Assembly (NCBI GenBank): GCA_045267845.1
Contig: JASFZK010000057.1
Coordinates: 792 to 64,791, forward strand
DNA: 64,000 bases
Reading direction: 5' to 3'
Source of the DNA: Bacteroidota bacterium
GTDB lineage: Bacteria; Bacteroidota; Bacteroidia; Bacteroidales; F082
This document shows, piece by piece, positions 9,369 through 17,921 of this stretch. Numbering within the stretch: position 1 is the first letter of the stretch; each line of letters begins with the position of its first letter. A program made the position numbers and the translations under genes. The notes beneath the pieces are model-generated. The model had not been told where the DNA came from. It made no database searches and saw nothing but the letters and a program-made list of their open reading frames with translations.

Positions 9369-12300
9369 ATGAAAAAATCAGTATTAACATTAGTAGCAAT
9401 AGCATTTTTAGCTATAAACAGCTTTGCACAAGTAGCAATAAACACAACTGGAGCTGAGCCAAGTGCATCTGCTATTCTCGACTTATCGAGTGATAGCAAA
9501 GGCTTGTTAATCCCACGTATGACAACTAACAACCGCACCAACAATGTTACAGCCGTTGCAGGCTTATTGGTTTTTGATACTGATACTGATAGCTTTTGGT
9601 ATTATGATGGCACACAGTCAAGTTGGATTGAAGTTAAAGCTGGTAGTGCTTTGGATATTAACAGCCTTGCTGATGGAAAAACTGATGAAGAAAGTGTTTT
9701 TCTGGGTACAGAAGCAGGTAATAGCGATGATGGCGACAATTATAATGTAGGTGTTGGTATTCAGGCATTAAGAGGTAACACATCAGGTGAAAGGAATGTG
9801 GCAATAGGCAATGCAGCACTGAAAAAAAACACTGAAGGGTCTGATTTGGTTGCTGTTGGTGATTCAGCATTGTATAATAACTATGATAATTCAGCTTTTT
9901 ATTCAAACAGGAATACAGCCTTGGGATCATCAGCCTTATTTAGTAACAGAAGAGGTAATAATAATACAGCTACAGGTTATCGATCACTTTATAGTAACAA
10001 TTATGGGGACAACAATACTGCCAATGGTACTAGTGCACTTTATAAAAATAATCTAGGTGATTATAATACCGCAGTTGGTGCATCTTCTCTTTATTCAAAT
10101 AGTGATGGTAATTATAATACAGCAGTAGGTTATATATCTCTTAAAAATAACGACGATGGTAATTATAATACAGCAGTAGGTATTCGTTCTCTTTATTATA
10201 ATGAAGGAGGTAGTAATAATACTGCAATAGGGAGCGAAGCACTTTATAGAAATAAGGTATCGTATAATACTGCTAATGGGTATTATGCACTTCGTAACGA
10301 TTCAACAGGGGGATATAATACTGCAATGGGTGCTTTATCCATGCAATATAACGGCAGTGGTAATTATAATACCGCCAACGGTTATCAATCACTACTGGAT
10401 AATAAAACAGGCTCTTATAATACCGCCATAGGGGGACAAACTCTACAAAGCAATACAACAGCCAATTACAACACTGCAATTGGTTATTATTCTCTTAATG
10501 ACGATACAAGTGGTGTCGCCAATACCGCCACGGGTGCTTATTCTCTTTCGTATAACACAAGTGGTGCGTATAATACTGCTTCAGGTTACTATGCATTACG
10601 TTATAATACAATAGGAAATAGCAATGTAGCAGTTGGACCAAAAGCACTTTATAAAAATACCGACCGTTCTTTCCTTGTTGCCATTGGTGATTCGGCATTG
10701 TATAATAATGGTAGTGGTGCCACCGGTACAACTGAGGCAGCAAAGAATACAGCAATTGGTTCAAAATCCTTATCTGCCAATACTACTGGCTACGAAAATA
10801 CATCAGTGGGATATCAAAATTCAATTTCAAATACTACTGGAGTTCGAAATACTTCACTAGGTTCTTTAGCTTTTATAGATAATACCACTGGAAATTATAA
10901 TACGGCAATTGGAACCTGGGCACTTGCAAACAATACAACTGCAGGTAATAATACTGCAATTGGGTACAGCTCATTGGTTTATAATACTACTGGTGCCACA
11001 AATACAGCCATGGGTGTGCAATCAGGCAGATATAACAGTACCGGTAATAATAATGTAAGTTTTGGTGGTAATGCGATGGAATATAATTCAACTGGTAGTA
11101 ATAATACAGTATTAGGAAAAGCTGCCGGACAAGGAACTTTTGGAAATGGAACTTACAATGGGTGTGTGTTAATTGGTTACGAAGCCGGAAAAGACAACAT
11201 TACAGATAATCTACTTTTTATTTCAAATTCTTCAACCTCAACCCCACTTATTGGTGGTGATTTTACAGCAAATAGGGTTGACATAAATGGAACAATAAAA
11301 ATTACAGGTGGCTCTGCTGGAAATGGTAAAGTACTTACATCGGATGCCGATGGTCTTGCATCATGGGAAACACCTACTGTTTATGCTTCTAGCATCAGTG
11401 GTCTAAGTGATGCAAAAACTCCTTGGGGTGATAATCTATATTTAGGTGAAAATGCAGGGGAGAATGATGCAGCAGGTGCGCATTTTAACACCGTAGTTGG
11501 AATCGAAGCTTTGAATAATATTTCACATGGAGGTTATAATACCGCTATAGGGTATCAAGCAGGAGGAAGTTATAGTGATTATAATAATTGTGTATATATA
11601 GGTTATAAAGCAGGTTTCTTTAATACATTGGATGATAAACTATTTATTGACAATAGTTCAACATCAGCCCCCCTTATAGGTGGCGATTTTGATGCTAATC
11701 GCGTTGATATTAATGGTACAATAAAAATCACAGGAGGCTTGGCAGGAAGTGGCAAAGTACTCACCTCTGATGCTGATGGTCTTGCATCATGGGAAACACC
11801 TGCAACTTATGCTTCTGATATTAATGGGCTAAGTGATGCCACAAACGACGGATCAAAATTATTTATGGGAACCAGTGCTGGTTTAAACAATACAGGCGGG
11901 TGGAATATTGGTGTTGGTTTTGAAGCATTAAAACTTAATACATCAGGTACGCACAATTCAGCATTTGGGTATAAATCCTTAGATGTTAATACAAGTGGAC
12001 TGTATAACTCTGGTTTTGGATTAGGGAGTCTAGGCGCCAATACAACTGGTGATGGAAATACAGCCGTTGGCTACCAATCTCTTGATGGCAATACCACAGG
12101 AAATTATAATACCGCGTTTGGTTATAATGCATTCTCAACGGGAATATATTCCAACTCAACTGCAATTGGTTACAATGCTTCAATAAATGGTAACAACCAA
12201 ATTCACCTTGGTAATACAAGTATTACCGAAATTAAAGGTCAGGTTACGTTTACTACATATTCAGATGGAAGAATTAAAGAAAACATAAAAGAAGACGTTA

Positions 12301-12659
12301 AAGGCTTAGAATTTATAACAAAACTACGCCCTGTTACCTACAATATTAATCTCGATATAGAGAACCAACTGCTTGGCATTACCGATGAAGTAAACCTACC
12401 TAACAAGTATGATATTGAAAAAATACAACGCAGTGGTTTTATAGCTCAAGAAGTTGAATTGGCAGCCGATGAGGTCAACTACAACTTCAGTGGAGTTCAA
12501 AAGCCTAAGCACGAAAAAGATCTTTACGGACTTTCTTATGCTGAATTTGTTGTGCCTTTGGTAAAATCGGTTCAGGAATTAAACGAAAAACTCGAAAAAG
12601 AAAATGCAGAATTAAAGGCTCGTTTGGACAGGTTGGAACAACTATTAAGCGAAAAATAA
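9369..12659 (+). CDS. tail-fibre-like beta-helix repeat surface protein with C-terminal intramolecular chaperone (peptidase S74) domain
   Basis: 1096 aa; signal peptide; conserved N-domain AQVAINTTG...GLLIPRM...FWYYDG..W; dozens of 17-aa units G-x-Y-N-T-A-x-G-x-x-S-L-x-x-N; two neck modules; C-terminal SDGRIKENIK...LRPVTYN...GFIAQEVE...coiled coil typical of endosialidase-chaperone domains. Confidence 0.8.
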   Translation: MKKSVLTLVAIAFLAINSFAQVAINTTGAEPSASAILDLSSDSKGLLIPRMTTNNRTNNVTAVAGLLVFDTDTDSFWYYDGTQSSWIEVKAGSALDINSLADGKTDEESVFLGTEAGNSDDGDNYNVGVGIQALRGNTSGERNVAIGNAALKKNTEGSDLVAVGDSALYNNYDNSAFYSNRNTALGSSALFSNRRGNNNTATGYRSLYSNNYGDNNTANGTSALYKNNLGDYNTAVGASSLYSNSDGNYNTAVGYISLKNNDDGNYNTAVGIRSLYYNEGGSNNTAIGSEALYRNKVSYNTANGYYALRNDSTGGYNTAMGALSMQYNGSGNYNTANGYQSLLDNKTGSYNTAIGGQTLQSNTTANYNTAIGYYSLNDDTSGVANTATGAYSLSYNTSGAYNTASGYYALRYNTIGNSNVAVGPKALYKNTDRSFLVAIGDSALYNNGSGATGTTEAAKNTAIGSKSLSANTTGYENTSVGYQNSISNTTGVRNTSLGSLAFIDNTTGNYNTAIGTWALANNTTAGNNTAIGYSSLVYNTTGATNTAMGVQSGRYNSTGNNNVSFGGNAMEYNSTGSNNTVLGKAAGQGTFGNGTYNGCVLIGYEAGKDNITDNLLFISNSSTSTPLIGGDFTANRVDINGTIKITGGSAGNGKVLTSDADGLASWETPTVYASSISGLSDAKTPWGDNLYLGENAGENDAAGAHFNTVVGIEALNNISHGGYNTAIGYQAGGSYSDYNNCVYIGYKAGFFNTLDDKLFIDNSSTSAPLIGGDFDANRVDINGTIKITGGLAGSGKVLTSDADGLASWETPATYASDINGLSDATNDGSKLFMGTSAGLNNTGGWNIGVGFEALKLNTSGTHNSAFGYKSLDVNTSGLYNSGFGLGSLGANTTGDGNTAVGYQSLDGNTTGNYNTAFGYNAFSTGIYSNSTAIGYNASINGNNQIHLGNTSITEIKGQVTFTTYSDGRIKENIKEDVKGLEFITKLRPVTYNINLDIENQLLGITDEVNLPNKYDIEKIQRSGFIAQEVELAADEVNYNFSGVQKPKHEKDLYGLSYAEFVVPLVKSVQELNEKLEKENAELKARLDRLEQLLSEK
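9738..11130 (+). repeat. 51-nt (17-aa) coding tandem repeats inside the fibre gene
   Basis: Consecutive units such as GDYNTAVGASSLYSNSD / GNYNTAVGYISLKNNDD / GNYNTAVGIRSLYYNEG. They also generate the many spurious out-of-frame ORFs in the track. Confidence 0.85.
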
Positions 12660-12772
12660 TTTACTAGAGCCAATTTATTTGTCATTCTGAAAAATAAGGG
12701 ATAAATACCACAAAACACTTTGTACCTGCCAATTATTAATTCAAAATTGCCAACTGATAAAACAAAACCATG

Positions 12773-12780
12773 TATTTTTG
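12773..12780 (+). promoter_or_regulatory. TAnnTTTG -7 box (TATTTTTG)
   Basis: 85 nt upstream of the lipB GTG. Confidence 0.35.
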
Positions 12781-12865
12781 CAGAACTGTTAACTTAGTTA
12801 GCTAGATAAGTTAATATCTCAAAAAAGTAATTTTTAATTTACCCCAGTTATTAATAAGCATATTT

Positions 12866-13564
12866 GTGAATAAAAAAGTCATTTTTGAAAATGTAGGCCT
12901 CTTAAAATATAATGAGGCTTTGGAATATCAGGAAAGCTTATTTAATGAAATATTCAGCACCAAAGAAAAAAACAAAGGTGCTGGGGTAAAGCACCAAACA
13001 TCAAATTATTTATTGCTATGCGAACATCCACATGTATATACCATTGGCAAGAGTGGTAATGAAGCTAATCTGCTAATTAGTGATGAATTTTTAACTAGTA
13101 AAGGAGCTTCTGTGCATCGAGTAAATCGAGGCGGTGATATAACTTATCACGGGCCTGGGCAGCTTGTTGGCTACCCAATATTAGACCTTGATAATTTTAA
13201 AGTTTCCATTAAGGATTATATTTATGGGCTGGAAGAAGCAATAATAAATGTTCTACACAAATACAATATAATTGCATCACGAATGAATGGTGCTACAGGA
13301 GTTTGGCTCGATGCTGGTAATCCTAAAAAAGAAAGAAAAATTTGTGCTTTTGGCATTCGTGCAAGTAGATTAGTAACCATGCATGGGTTTGCCTTAAACG
13401 TAAACACAAACCTTGAGTATTTTGGTTACATAGTACCATGTGGGCTTGTGGGCAAAGGTGTAACTTCAATGCAAAAGGAGCTTGGTGGAGTTATTGATGT
13501 ATCAGATGTTCAGAATCTTATAAAAGAGGAATTGCACAGTATTTTAAAAATGGAATTTATCTAA
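12866..13564 (+). CDS. lipB: lipoyl(octanoyl) transferase
   Basis: 232 aa, GTG start; RGGDITYHGPGQLVGYP, catalytic Lys context RKICAFGIR and Cys context VPCGL. Confidence 0.9.
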   Translation: MNKKVIFENVGLLKYNEALEYQESLFNEIFSTKEKNKGAGVKHQTSNYLLLCEHPHVYTIGKSGNEANLLISDEFLTSKGASVHRVNRGGDITYHGPGQLVGYPILDLDNFKVSIKDYIYGLEEAIINVLHKYNIIASRMNGATGVWLDAGNPKKERKICAFGIRASRLVTMHGFALNVNTNLEYFGYIVPCGLVGKGVTSMQKELGGVIDVSDVQNLIKEELHSILKMEFI

Positions 13565-13649
13565 CTGTTTATTAAATCAATTGTGTAACTTATCAGATAA
13601 TTTCGGATATTTGCCACTTAAATTATTTAATCATAAAAAAGAAACTATA

Positions 13650-13835
13650 ATGGAATCACATAACGAAAAAGTTTGCTTATTCTGCAAACGTGGCGAACAA
13701 GAAGTTCCCTTAGTTGGCCTTGATTTTAAAGGTGCTAGCTATTGGATTTGCCCACAACACATCCCTGTACTAATACATGATCCAACAAAACTTGAGGGCA
13801 TGCTACCAGGTGCTGAAAATTTACAAGCTGGATAA
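13650..13835 (+). CDS. small Cys-rich protein, ClpX-zinc-finger-like CxxC...CxxH
   Basis: 61 aa from the internal ATG (MESHNEKVCLFCKRG...WICPQH); near-consensus -7 box GATATTTG at 13606-13613; strong terminator at 13860-13906. Confidence 0.55.
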   Translation: MESHNEKVCLFCKRGEQEVPLVGLDFKGASYWICPQHIPVLIHDPTKLEGMLPGAENLQAG

Positions 13836-13859
13836 TAGTATTTTTGAATAAATTTATAG

Positions 13860-13906
13860 ATGCGTAAACGATTGAATAAAGTTCAATTATTTACGCATTT
13901 TTTTTG
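13860..13906 (+). terminator. rho-independent terminator
   Basis: ATGCGTAAA-N21-TTTACGCAT (with inner TTGAA/TTCAA) followed by T8. Confidence 0.8.
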
Positions 13907-14074
13907 TTTCAGATACTTTTATTTTAAAGCCACTTATACTTTGTAATATGCTATTTACTGCATATATGTATAAAATTTGAATATGTGTTTTTTATTATAA
14001 TTGTATCCTGTAAATGCAAAAAATTCAGCATATTAACAAAATACAAGATACGCTATTTAAAGCCAAAATATTAC

Positions 14075-14082
14075 TACATTTG
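14075..14082 (+). promoter_or_regulatory. TAnnTTTG -7 box (TACATTTG)
   Basis: 37 nt upstream of the mdh ATG. Confidence 0.5.
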
Positions 14083-14119
14083 CGCTTAATAAAAGTAATC
14101 CATAAAAAAACCAAATAAA

Positions 14120-15058
14120 ATGGAAAAAATAACAGTAATTGGAGCAGGAAATGTAGGTGCAACTGTAGCAAATGTACTTGCTCACAAAGACATAGTAAAA
14201 GAAGTTGTTTTAATTGACATCAAAGAAGGTGTAGCAGAAGGTAAAGCATTAGATATGTGGCAAACTGCCCCTATTAATGGTTTTAATACAATGGTAACAG
14301 GTGTTACTAACGACTATACAAAGACAGCCGGGTCAGGCATAATTGTTGTAACTTCGGGTATTCCTCGTAAGCCGGGTATGAGTCGTGATGACCTTATTTC
14401 TACAAATGCAGGTATCGTTAAATTTGTCGTTAAAGAAGCTTTAAAACATTCACCTGACGCAATTGTAATTATTGTTGCAAATCCTTTAGATGTAATGAGC
14501 TACGCTGCTTTTAAAACTGCTGGTATTGATTCTTCAAAAGTATTTGGAATGGCAGGTATATTAGATACTGCACGTTACAGAGCTTTTCTTGCAACTGAGT
14601 TAAACGTTTCTCCAAATGATATCCAGGCATTATTGATGGGTGGACATGGTGATACTATGGTTCCATTACCACGATATACAACTGTAGGAGGTATTCCTGT
14701 TACTGAACTTATTGATGCTGATAAGCTTGATGCAATTGTTAAACGCACCAAAGGTGGCGGTGGCGAATTAGTTAAATTAATGGGAACTTCTGCTTGGTAT
14801 GCACCAGGTGCTGCTGCAGCTCAAATGTGTGAAGCCATTGTAAACGACCAAAACAGAGTATTCCCAGTTTGTGCATTACTTAATGGCGAATATGGACAAG
14901 AAGGTGTTTATTTGGGCGTTCCTGTAAAATTAGGAAAAAACGGTATTGAAGAGATCGTTAAGATTGAATTAAATGCTGACGAACAAGCTTTACTAGATGC
15001 ATCATCAACAGCTGTAAAAGGTGTGATGAAAGTATTAGATGATATGAAACTTTTCTAG
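14120..15058 (+). CDS. mdh: malate dehydrogenase (LDH-like type)
   Basis: 312 aa; GAGNVG Rossmann motif, substrate-specificity block GIPRKPGMSRDDL, catalytic GGHGDTMVP. Confidence 0.95.
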   Translation: MEKITVIGAGNVGATVANVLAHKDIVKEVVLIDIKEGVAEGKALDMWQTAPINGFNTMVTGVTNDYTKTAGSGIIVVTSGIPRKPGMSRDDLISTNAGIVKFVVKEALKHSPDAIVIIVANPLDVMSYAAFKTAGIDSSKVFGMAGILDTARYRAFLATELNVSPNDIQALLMGGHGDTMVPLPRYTTVGGIPVTELIDADKLDAIVKRTKGGGGELVKLMGTSAWYAPGAAAAQMCEAIVNDQNRVFPVCALLNGEYGQEGVYLGVPVKLGKNGIEEIVKIELNADEQALLDASSTAVKGVMKVLDDMKLF

Positions 15059-15120
15059 TATTATAAAATATTTAAAGTATTGCCTATTCATTAATGGTTG
15101 CGATTCTTGTTAGGCATGCG

Positions 15121-15147
15121 GCGCTCTCTTCGGGGGGCGCTTTTTTT
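15121..15147 (+). terminator. rho-independent terminator after mdh
   Basis: GCGCTCTC-UUCG-GGGGGCGC followed by T7. Confidence 0.85.
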
Positions 15148-15198
15148 GTTATAAGATAAGTTTTATTACCTTTATCGAACAAATAAATATTCCATAGG

Positions 15199-15888
15199 AT
15201 GAAGAAGATTGTAATTTTATCAGGAGCCGGAATGAGTGCCGAAAGCGGAGTAAGTACCTTTAGGGATAGTAATGGTTTATGGCGTAATCATCGTATTGAA
15301 GAAGTTGCATCACCCATCGCATGGGAAAACAACCAACAATTGGTACTTGAATTTTATAATCTGCGAAGGAAACAACTTTTTGAAGTTGAGCCAAACCAAG
15401 GGCATAAGTGGTTAGTTAAACTTGAAGAAAAATATAATGTGCAAATAGTAACCCAAAATGTAGATGATTTACATGAGCGAGCTGGCTCGTCAAATGTATT
15501 GCACTTGCATGGAGAATTAAAAAAAGTTAGGAGTACTCGTGATCCTGAACTTGTTTACACCCTCGATCATTGGGAGTTAAAAAAGGGGGATAAATGTGAG
15601 TTAGGTTCTCAATTACGCCCACATATAGTTTGGTTTGGAGAAAGCGTGCCCATGATTGAAACAGCAATGTCAATAGTTAAGACTGCTGATATTTTAATAG
15701 TGATTGGCACATCAATGGTTGTTTATCCTGCTGCTAGTCTTATTAATTTTGTTGGTAATGATATACCAAAATATTATATAGACCCCAAAGCATTTCATGT
15801 TCAAGGTATTTCAAACCTAAAAATAATTCCCGAGAAAGCCGGAGTTGGTGTTCCAAAAATTGTTGAACAACTGTTAGAAGCTGTCTAA
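15199..15888 (+). CDS. cobB: NAD-dependent protein deacylase, Sir2 family
   Basis: 229 aa; GAGMSAESGVSTFRD, QNVDDLHERAG, catalytic His in LHLHGEL. Confidence 0.9.
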   Translation: MKKIVILSGAGMSAESGVSTFRDSNGLWRNHRIEEVASPIAWENNQQLVLEFYNLRRKQLFEVEPNQGHKWLVKLEEKYNVQIVTQNVDDLHERAGSSNVLHLHGELKKVRSTRDPELVYTLDHWELKKGDKCELGSQLRPHIVWFGESVPMIETAMSIVKTADILIVIGTSMVVYPAASLINFVGNDIPKYYIDPKAFHVQGISNLKIIPEKAGVGVPKIVEQLLEAV

Positions 15889-15958
15889 AATTCATCCATC
15901 AGCTTCTTAAAGAATGCTAAAAACTAACTATTTGCCAATTACAGCAAAATTAGATTAC

Positions 15959-16549
15959 TTATTTCCCTTTTTTAGCAATGGGAAATTTCCTAAATATATG
16001 TGATATATTTCGAGGAAGATTTTTATCACGTTTTGCAAGGTTATCATCAACAGTTCCTACACCCATACCCTGCCATACAAGTTTTTTATTTTTTGTTTCA
16101 AAAATATCTACTATTAAAGTTCCCTGTACATAATTAACGCTGGTAATTGTAGTTCCGCCACCATAATAACCAGGACCCCATCCGTAGCCATAAGCCCAAG
16201 GTGAACCATAGTATCCCCAACCACCCCCATAGCCAGCATAACCACCGTAGTGATTTGTATATGCTTGATAATCCGTCTTGTTTTCAAGTGTAATAAAAGC
16301 AGAAACAATTAATTCACCTCCCTTTTCTACATATTCATATCCACGGCGTTCCATTTCGCTTTTAACAGCCGTCGTAATAATTTCAATATCATATTTATGT
16401 ACAAGTTTATTATTTTGCTTATCCCAAGGATATAAGCTAAATGTTTTAAACTGTTTAAAATCAAGTGTTTTGTCCCAGTTATTTGTAACAGTTAACGAAC
16501 TACACGAAACTAAGAAGACTAACACTATGGGGATTAGAAAATTTTTCAT
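15959..16549 (-). CDS. DUF4136-like lipoprotein with Gly/Tyr/Trp-rich insert
   Basis: 196 aa; lipobox LVSCSS; N- and C-terminal blocks resemble DUF4136; residues 101-133 are YGGYAGYGGGWGYYGSPWAYGYGWGPGYYGGG. Confidence 0.6.
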   Translation of the reverse strand: MKNFLIPIVLVFLVSCSSLTVTNNWDKTLDFKQFKTFSLYPWDKQNNKLVHKYDIEIITTAVKSEMERRGYEYVEKGGELIVSAFITLENKTDYQAYTNHYGGYAGYGGGWGYYGSPWAYGYGWGPGYYGGGTTITSVNYVQGTLIVDIFETKNKKLVWQGMGVGTVDDNLAKRDKNLPRNISHIFRKFPIAKKGK

Positions 16550-16579
16550 TTTAATATTTTTTTAGTAATAAGAATTTTA

Positions 16580-16587
16580 CAAAAATA
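16580..16587 (-). promoter_or_regulatory. TAnnTTTG -7 box (TATTTTTG)
   Basis: 30 nt upstream of the DUF4136 gene start. Confidence 0.45.
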
Positions 16588-16593
16588 GCAGTA

Positions 16594-16754
16594 ATACCAA
16601 TTTAATTTCAAAATGACCGATATAAATTCAAAATATTTTTTTGTTTTACAATCTTCAAAATTTCAGCATAACCATAGCTATGGTTAAATTTTTAAGTGAA
16701 GTAAAATGGAAAAAGATAAAGAATTTATGGGGTGCTTTGATGTTAATTTGGTAT
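16594..16754. repeat. long imperfect palindrome
   Basis: Perfect 18-nt core TAACCATAGCTATGGTTA at 16669-16686; outer arms TTTTACAATCTTCAAAATTT/AAATTTTTAAGTGAAGTAAAA and ATACCAATTTAAT/GTTAATTTGGTAT. Confidence 0.75.
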
Positions 16755-16802
16755 AATGGTATGTTGTATTAAACAAACATTGAATTTATTTTATAAAAAC
16801 CG

Positions 16803-16810
16803 TAAATTTG
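16803..16810 (+). promoter_or_regulatory. TAnnTTTG -7 box (TAAATTTG)
   Basis: 19 nt upstream of the FKBP ATG. Confidence 0.5.
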
Positions 16811-16829
16811 CCACTTAAATAAAAACCAT

Positions 16830-17288
16830 ATGATTAATAAACAAATAATTAAAATCTTCACATTCCTTTTTTTAATAGTGATAGTATTATCATGTAAAAA
16901 AGATGTTAACCAACCTGAAATAGATAATGCCCTTATTCATACGTACATATACGAACATGATTTGGATGGAACTTTCACGTCAAGTGGTTTGTATTATGTA
17001 ATTAATGAGCCAGGGTTGGGTAGTCATCCAACTATTAATGATAAAGTTAATTGCTCATACAAAGGTTATACTTTAGATGGTGTTGTATTTGACCAGAACG
17101 ATTATATAGAGTTTGGCCTTGACAGAGTTATTGTTGGATGGCAAGAAGGAATTCAATTGATTGGTAAGGGTGGAAAAATAAAACTCATTATACCATCAGG
17201 ATTGGCATATGGATCAAGTGGTTCTGGTAGTATTGGTCCCAATAAAGTACTTGTATTTGATGTAACACTTAATGATATTGTGAAATAG
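16830..17288 (+). CDS. FKBP-type peptidyl-prolyl cis-trans isomerase
   Basis: 152 aa; lipoprotein-like leader, GYTLDGVVFDQ...VIVGWQEGIQLIGKGGKIKLIIPSGLAYG. Confidence 0.9.
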   Translation: MINKQIIKIFTFLFLIVIVLSCKKDVNQPEIDNALIHTYIYEHDLDGTFTSSGLYYVINEPGLGSHPTINDKVNCSYKGYTLDGVVFDQNDYIEFGLDRVIVGWQEGIQLIGKGGKIKLIIPSGLAYGSSGSGSIGPNKVLVFDVTLNDIVK

Positions 17289-17348
17289 AAAATACTGGTA
17301 CTAAGTATTTTTCATTTTTAGAATTGCACACATTTAAAATTTTAGGCT

Positions 17349-17801
17349 ATGACTCAAAAACATTCATTCATGTTGGAAAAAGCACGTAAATATTGTGCAT
17401 ATCAGGAACGCTCAATTTTTGATGTTAAGATGAAATTGATAAGCTGGAAAATAGATGAGCTAGTTATTTCAGAAATAATACTCCAACTTAAAAAAGAAGA
17501 TTTTATAAATGAAGAACGGTATACATTAGCTTTTGCCACAGGTAAACTACGTAATAACCGTTGGGGAAGAAATAAGATTAGTTATGCTCTACATCAAAAA
17601 CAAATACCTGATCTTACAATACAAATTGCGCTTAATTCGTTGGATCAAAAAGAATACATGAATGTACTAAAATCTGTATTATCGTCAAAAATAATTAATG
17701 ATGATAATGAATATAGACGTAACAATAAACTAGTTAAGTATGCCCAACAAAAGGGGTTTCAGCCCGAATTAGTATGGAAAGTTATTAAGGGTGAATTGTG
17801 A
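17349..17801 (+). CDS. recX: RecA regulator RecX
   Basis: 150 aa helical-repeat protein, KARKYCAYQERS... start typical of Bacteroidota RecX. Confidence 0.7.
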   Translation: MTQKHSFMLEKARKYCAYQERSIFDVKMKLISWKIDELVISEIILQLKKEDFINEERYTLAFATGKLRNNRWGRNKISYALHQKQIPDLTIQIALNSLDQKEYMNVLKSVLSSKIINDDNEYRRNNKLVKYAQQKGFQPELVWKVIKGEL

Positions 17802-17883
17802 TGAAGTAATACTACAATGAGGTAATGATGCAATGTTTGAATGCTGAAATGAGACAATGCGAAAATGCTACAATGAAGCAGTG
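17800..17883 (+). repeat. 8-nt phased nnnnAATG array
   Basis: AATG at 17816, 17824, 17832, 17840, 17848, 17856, 17864, 17872; in-phase variants at 17800, 17808, 17880. Confidence 0.9.
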
Positions 17884-17921
17884 TAAAAACCTAGTAAAAC
17901 AACTATAAAAAATCCAAAAAT

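Noticed and set aside
9544-12219. Many 60-90-aa ORFs on both strands within the fibre gene, and the 51-nt periodicity considered as a possible CRISPR array
   Set aside because: They are alternative frames of coding repeats. The periodic units are degenerate, contiguous (no spacers) and in frame with a 1096-aa ORF.
9369-12659. Prophage or contractile-injection locus suggested by the 'tail fibre' similarity
   Set aside because: No capsid, terminase, portal, baseplate, sheath or integrase genes anywhere in the 64 kb; the flanks are housekeeping genes.
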